The notes below the pieces were generated by a model. That model saw only the letters and a program-made list of their open reading frames with translations. It made no database searches and had not been told where the DNA came from. Below, piece by piece: positions 55,925 to 64,000 of a stretch of 64,000 bases of DNA. The position numbers and the translations under genes are program-made. Within the stretch, counting starts at the first letter, position 1, and every line of letters begins with the position of its first letter. The DNA is from the human T2T-CHM13v2.0 reference genome, Homo sapiens: NCBI RefSeq assembly GCF_009914755.1, contig NC_060937.1; one strand, 5' to 3'.

Positions 55925-56040
55925 TCATTTAAAACATCCAGATCATCTCTTGTGAACTCTATCTAGGACTTTATGCCCTCTTAGGGATGTGTGTTCTCTT
56001 CATTCTAGTTGGAAAATTTTTATTTAAAAAAACTAAATGG

Positions 56041-56600
<560 letters not shown>

Positions 56601-56627
56601 TCATGTATACCAAACATTCCACTGGCG

Positions 56628-57638
<1,011 letters not shown>

Positions 57639-57771
57639 TCCCCTGGACATTTTTGACATCTGCTTGGCTGAACCCAGAGCAGGGGATCCAACTCCAAGTG
57701 GGCCAGGCCAGGCCTATCCTGGCGCTTTCTGATAATCTGTTGTTTTGCCCATTCCTCTGCCCAGATATAGC

Positions 57772-57772
<1 letters not shown>

Positions 57773-57832
<60 letters not shown>
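57773..57832. repeat. Perfect (AC)30 microsatellite
   Basis: 60 uninterrupted bases. Confidence 0.95.
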
Positions 57833-57834
<2 letters not shown>

Positions 57835-58010
57835 AGACCCTACAGTCAATGGCTCAATGGTTGCCCTAGCGACTATCGTTGGCTTCTTGGTCACAGCAGG
57901 CAGTTGAACTGGGGCAAAGACATCTGGTTCAAATCAAGCCAATAGATTTTCTCTCCTGGGAATATGGTACCTTGACTCAGAGTCTATCAGTCTGTCTCTT
58001 CAAGGAATTT

Positions 58011-58157
58011 ACATGAGAAACCTCATCTCTACTAAAAATACAAAAAGTAGCTGGGCATGGTAGTGAAGTTTGCAATGAGCCAAGATTGCACTAGTGCACT
58101 CCAGCCTGGGTGACAGAGTGAGACTCTGTCTCAAAAAAAAAAAAAAAAAAAAAAAAA
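58011..58157 (+). mobile_element. Truncated and internally deleted Alu
   Basis: Linker region joined directly to the 3' end and poly(A). Confidence 0.85.
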
Positions 58158-59725
58158 TTGGCAAGCGAGCCCAGATGCATGCAGGTAGCAGAGGAAGCTG
58201 CTTTTCAGAGACAGAGGAGAACAAAGCAGATGCAGAAAAGGAGGCAGTGTTGCCCTAGCAGACAGAGCTGCCGCCTTGCCCAGATCCCCTCGGCTCTCAT
58301 TCACCAGCTTCGTGCATGCTCACAGCCCAGTTCCTGCAAACTCTGTCATTCATGGCCCTCGCCAGCGACTTTCTGAGGATTGCCTTTGGGTGTTGCAGGC
58401 ATCCCACCCACATGGAGAGCTAGATTCCCCCAGGAGTTTTCTCTTCTCCCCATTACCTCCAGCCCCACCCCTACCCATGGCTGTGACCCTCAGCTGGCTG
58501 GTGTGCAAGTGAAAAGGTCCAGCTCCATTGCTTGAGGCAGCACATACCCTGAGGTCTCATTGACACTCCTGAGCTCCCCATTCCCACACTCCTTCACCAG
58601 TTTCCCCTGGGAGCACCTCCCTGGAGCATCTCACTTCCACCCGAATCCCTGGCATTTAGGAGAACAGATGTGAAACCAGGCGGCCCAGAGGAATGGAGGC
58701 AGTGCCCTGGGCCTGAAGATTGCTAGTTCTCGTCCAGGTCCCTTGGGAGACCCAAAGCTCTTCCAGTTTGTGGCTTCTATGACATACTCCTCAATCTTCA
58801 ACCAGCTTCCTATGTGGGTTAAATTTCAACCAGCCCATTTCTAAAAACCTTGCTGCAGGCACCCAGCATTCCCCCAGGGCCAGCATCATCTCATCTCCCA
58901 GAGGTCTCGGTCTTTCACCGCAACCACTGATTTCCAATTGCCCAGCATCTGGGAGATGAAATTATCAGCAAGGCACGTTTAGAATTTATCAGATGCTTTT
59001 CCTGGAAGGTGGTTTCCAGTAGGATTTCTAGACCTTTAAATCACTCATCACGGCTATTTTTGGCCCTGTGTATGCTTTTGCATTTATTTCTAGACATTTA
59101 AAGATGAAATATACATTTATTTACATAAAATAAATAGAAATTTAATATAAATATTTTATAAGTAAATCTGTATTACATAGGTGTGTATTATTCTTGTCCT
59201 AGAACAAAATTTTTACTATAATTAATGGCTTTAAAAATATTCTTTTAACGGAAAGTTCATGTCTTTTGCCCACTTATCCAAAAGTCTATTTATAGAAAAA
59301 AAACAAGCCCACGTTCCTTATTTGGTATCTGTGCTTCTTCCTTCTTCTACTCTAGCCTGCCTGAAAGATATTTTTGTTGCTGATATGAAGGGGTTTTTTT
59401 TGTTGTTGTTCTTTCCTAAAAGCCATGGACTTCATTAGATATTAATTATCAGGTTCCTCCCTGGCTGTGATGAAAAGTAATATTGCTTAATAGACTTTTC
59501 TGTCTATAGAGTAGCTGTTTCCATTATAAAGAGAATACATTATACAACAATTATCAATATAGAAAATCAGAAAGAAATGAGGGAAATCACCCTTAGACCT
59601 GCCAGAAGCCATATTTCCAAATAAGTACCTCACTTCCCAGGCTTCAGCATCCTTCTTAATGAAATAAGGGAGTTGACCCAAAAGACCCCAGTGATTCTTC
59701 AAAATACTCAAAAAGAACATACTGG

Positions 59726-60494
<769 letters not shown>

Positions 60495-60710
60495 TCCAGC
60501 TGTTATTTTGATTCCCTGATCATCTTTTGACACAATGCTTAGGGGTTCCAAACATGTTCATCCAGCACTCCCAGATCACTGGACTTTATTTTGTCACATG
60601 CTGACCACAGGTCCAGAGGGCCCTTTGCGTAGCACCTGCATGTAATAAGGTATCAGTACATGCTTGCTAAGTGGCTGGATAATCAAAAGCAGAGAAAATA
60701 TACAGAAGTT

Positions 60711-61135
<425 letters not shown>

Positions 61136-61222
61136 TCATTTGTAATTCAGTCATCATGACAATTCCAAAATGGAGGTGCTACAGCACAGTACTGATTTCA
61201 GTAACTCTAGTGGGAAGTACAC

Positions 61223-61385
61223 TTTTTTTTTTCTTGGAGACAGAGTTCTACTCTGTCTCCCAGGCTGGAGTACAGTGACCCAGTCACAGCTCACTGCAGC
61301 CTTTAATGCCTGGGCTCAGTGGGATCCTCCTGCCTCAGCCTCCTGAGTAGCTGGACTACAGGTGTAAGCTACCATGCCTAACCAA
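61223..61385 (-). mobile_element. Alu right-arm monomer
   Basis: Single diverged arm. Confidence 0.8.
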
Positions 61386-61614
61386 AAATAGACATCTTTT
61401 TTCACTAACATCTCAGAATCCTGGCGCTTCTTACTATTTTTGGCATTTTACAATTGGCATTGGCCAGGCAGTAAGTGGTCGTTTTTGCCTGTGCATGCAC
61501 AAATTTGGTCATTACTGTTAATATTATCATTTCAACTTAGTGATGAGCATTGTTGGGACCACATGTGTCGAGCTTGACATTTTATGTTTTCAAAAAATAT
61601 TGCACTATTATTCA

Positions 61615-61950
<336 letters not shown>

Positions 61951-62441
61951 GAAAGAAGGAAAAGAAAGTGGAAAGGAGAGGAGAGGAGGGGGACGGGGAT
62001 GGGAGGGGGGAGGGGAGAGGAGGGGAGGGGGGAGGAGAGAGGAGGGGAGATGAGGGGAGGGGAGGGGGAGAAGGGGAGGGGAGCGGAGCCGAGGGGAGGG
62101 GAGGGGAGACGAGGGGAGGGGAGGGGGAGGAGGGGAGGGGAGGGCAGACGAGGGGAGGGGAGGGGGAGGAGGGGAGGGGAGGGCAGACGAGGGGAGGGGA
62201 TGGGGAGGAGGGGAGGGGGAGGAGGGGAGGGGGAGGAGGGGAGGGGAGGGCAGACGAGGGGAGGGGACGGGGAGGAGGGGAGGGGAGGGCAGATGAGGGG
62301 AGGGGATGGGGAGGAGGGGAGGGGGAGGAGGGGAGGGGGAGGAGGGGAGGGGAGGGGGAGGAGGGGAGGGGAGGGGGAGGAGGGGAGGGGAGGGGGAGGG
62401 AAAGGAGGGAAAGGGAGGCAAGGAGAGGAGAGGGAAGGAAG
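61951..62441 (+). repeat. Polypurine (GGGGA)n-derived tract with ~39-bp higher-order unit
   Basis: Almost only G/A; AGACG/AGATG anchors at 62107, 62146, 62185, 62252, 62291; starts at an Alu tail. Confidence 0.93.
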
Positions 62442-63260
62442 CTGGAAACTTGTCATTGGAGAAATGATTGCATTTGTACATTTTCTTGTGAAACAACCAC
62501 CAAGGGCTTTATGCACCCAGAAAATGAAGATTCCCCCCAAAGGTAGATGAAGCTATATCACCTTTAGTTACTGACATATGTGCAAAAAAACTGCCCATTA
62601 CATACCAAACAGTGCAATAGGAGCAAGGAGAAACTGCCAGATCTCTGGTGCAGATGAAAGAAATTTCAAGGCAAGGAGAGGCTAGTGTGGCCAATTCATA
62701 CATTACATAGGGCTATGGTTTCAGGCAACATGCCAAAGTTTAATTAGCAGCACTTGTCTTTCTTAGAAGTAAAGAAATAATGTATGCCTTTAAGGAAAGG
62801 CATCTTATATTTGATTAAATATATTCCTCCATTTTGCAGGTTAAAAAATTGAAGATTAAAGAAATGAATTTGCCCATTTCACAATGTCAGTAAGTTATAG
62901 AACCAAGAGTCAAATCCCAGCCAGTCTGATTCTAGATCTCACAGTCATAATTGCAAAACTGCCCCTCACTGCACTTAGCATGGTGCCTGGTAAAATAAAT
63001 ATTTGTCAATGCAAACTAAACTGTCTAAAGAAGATGTATTCCTGGTGAGAAATAATCAAATACATGGAGAACTTTTCTAAACACGGAAACATCATTCTGG
63101 TAGGAGAAGAACTCAGCGCACAGTTGCTTCCGAAGCTCTGAGCCCAGGAATAAACTGGAAAGCCAGAGGACTGCATTTTCACCTATAGTCTCTAGTCCAG
63201 ACCCCTGCAGACACCAGGGATGGGGGCCAAGGGTCATACTCTTGGGCCTCTGGCTTGGAA

Positions 63261-63862
<602 letters not shown>

Positions 63863-64000
63863 AGCTTGGAATTTGTAAGAGCTGGCCCCCAAGAGGCTAA
63901 CTTCAGCCCATCAACTGAATTATCTCTGATTTTGAAACTTAAATATTTTATTATGTTAACTATTTTTTCTGATTCCTAAAGTAACTTATGCAAAAAAAAA

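Overview
Alu-dense primate (most likely human) genomic DNA. I recognise it from memory as the 5' end of STK24 (MST3 kinase) on 13q32. A CpG island (~10.75-12.35 kb) holds the minus-strand first coding exon (MAHSPVQSGLPGMQ, donor CAG|GTAGGC). Positions 1-11442 are intron 1, and the remaining ~52 kb is upstream intergenic DNA. That upstream DNA carries about 55 Alus across the window, old L1/L2/MaLR/DNA-transposon fossils, a split HSMAR2 mariner, and a 5'-truncated NUS1 processed pseudogene with its target-site duplication (TSD). I found no new gene or enzymatic system; almost all listed ORFs are Alu, GC-rich or low-complexity artefacts. The most notable structures are: (1) a ~300-bp inverted duplication with an 87-bp perfect core that copies the pseudogene poly(A)/L1 junction and brackets a 1.9-kb palindromic AT-rich minisatellite array (candidate recurrent ~4-kb inversion or gene-conversion unit); (2) a 9-aa uORF in frame with the STK24 CDS and separated from it by a single TGA; (3) closely packed inverted and nested Alus. 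Repeat family names come from recalled consensus sequences, and repeat boundaries are approximate.
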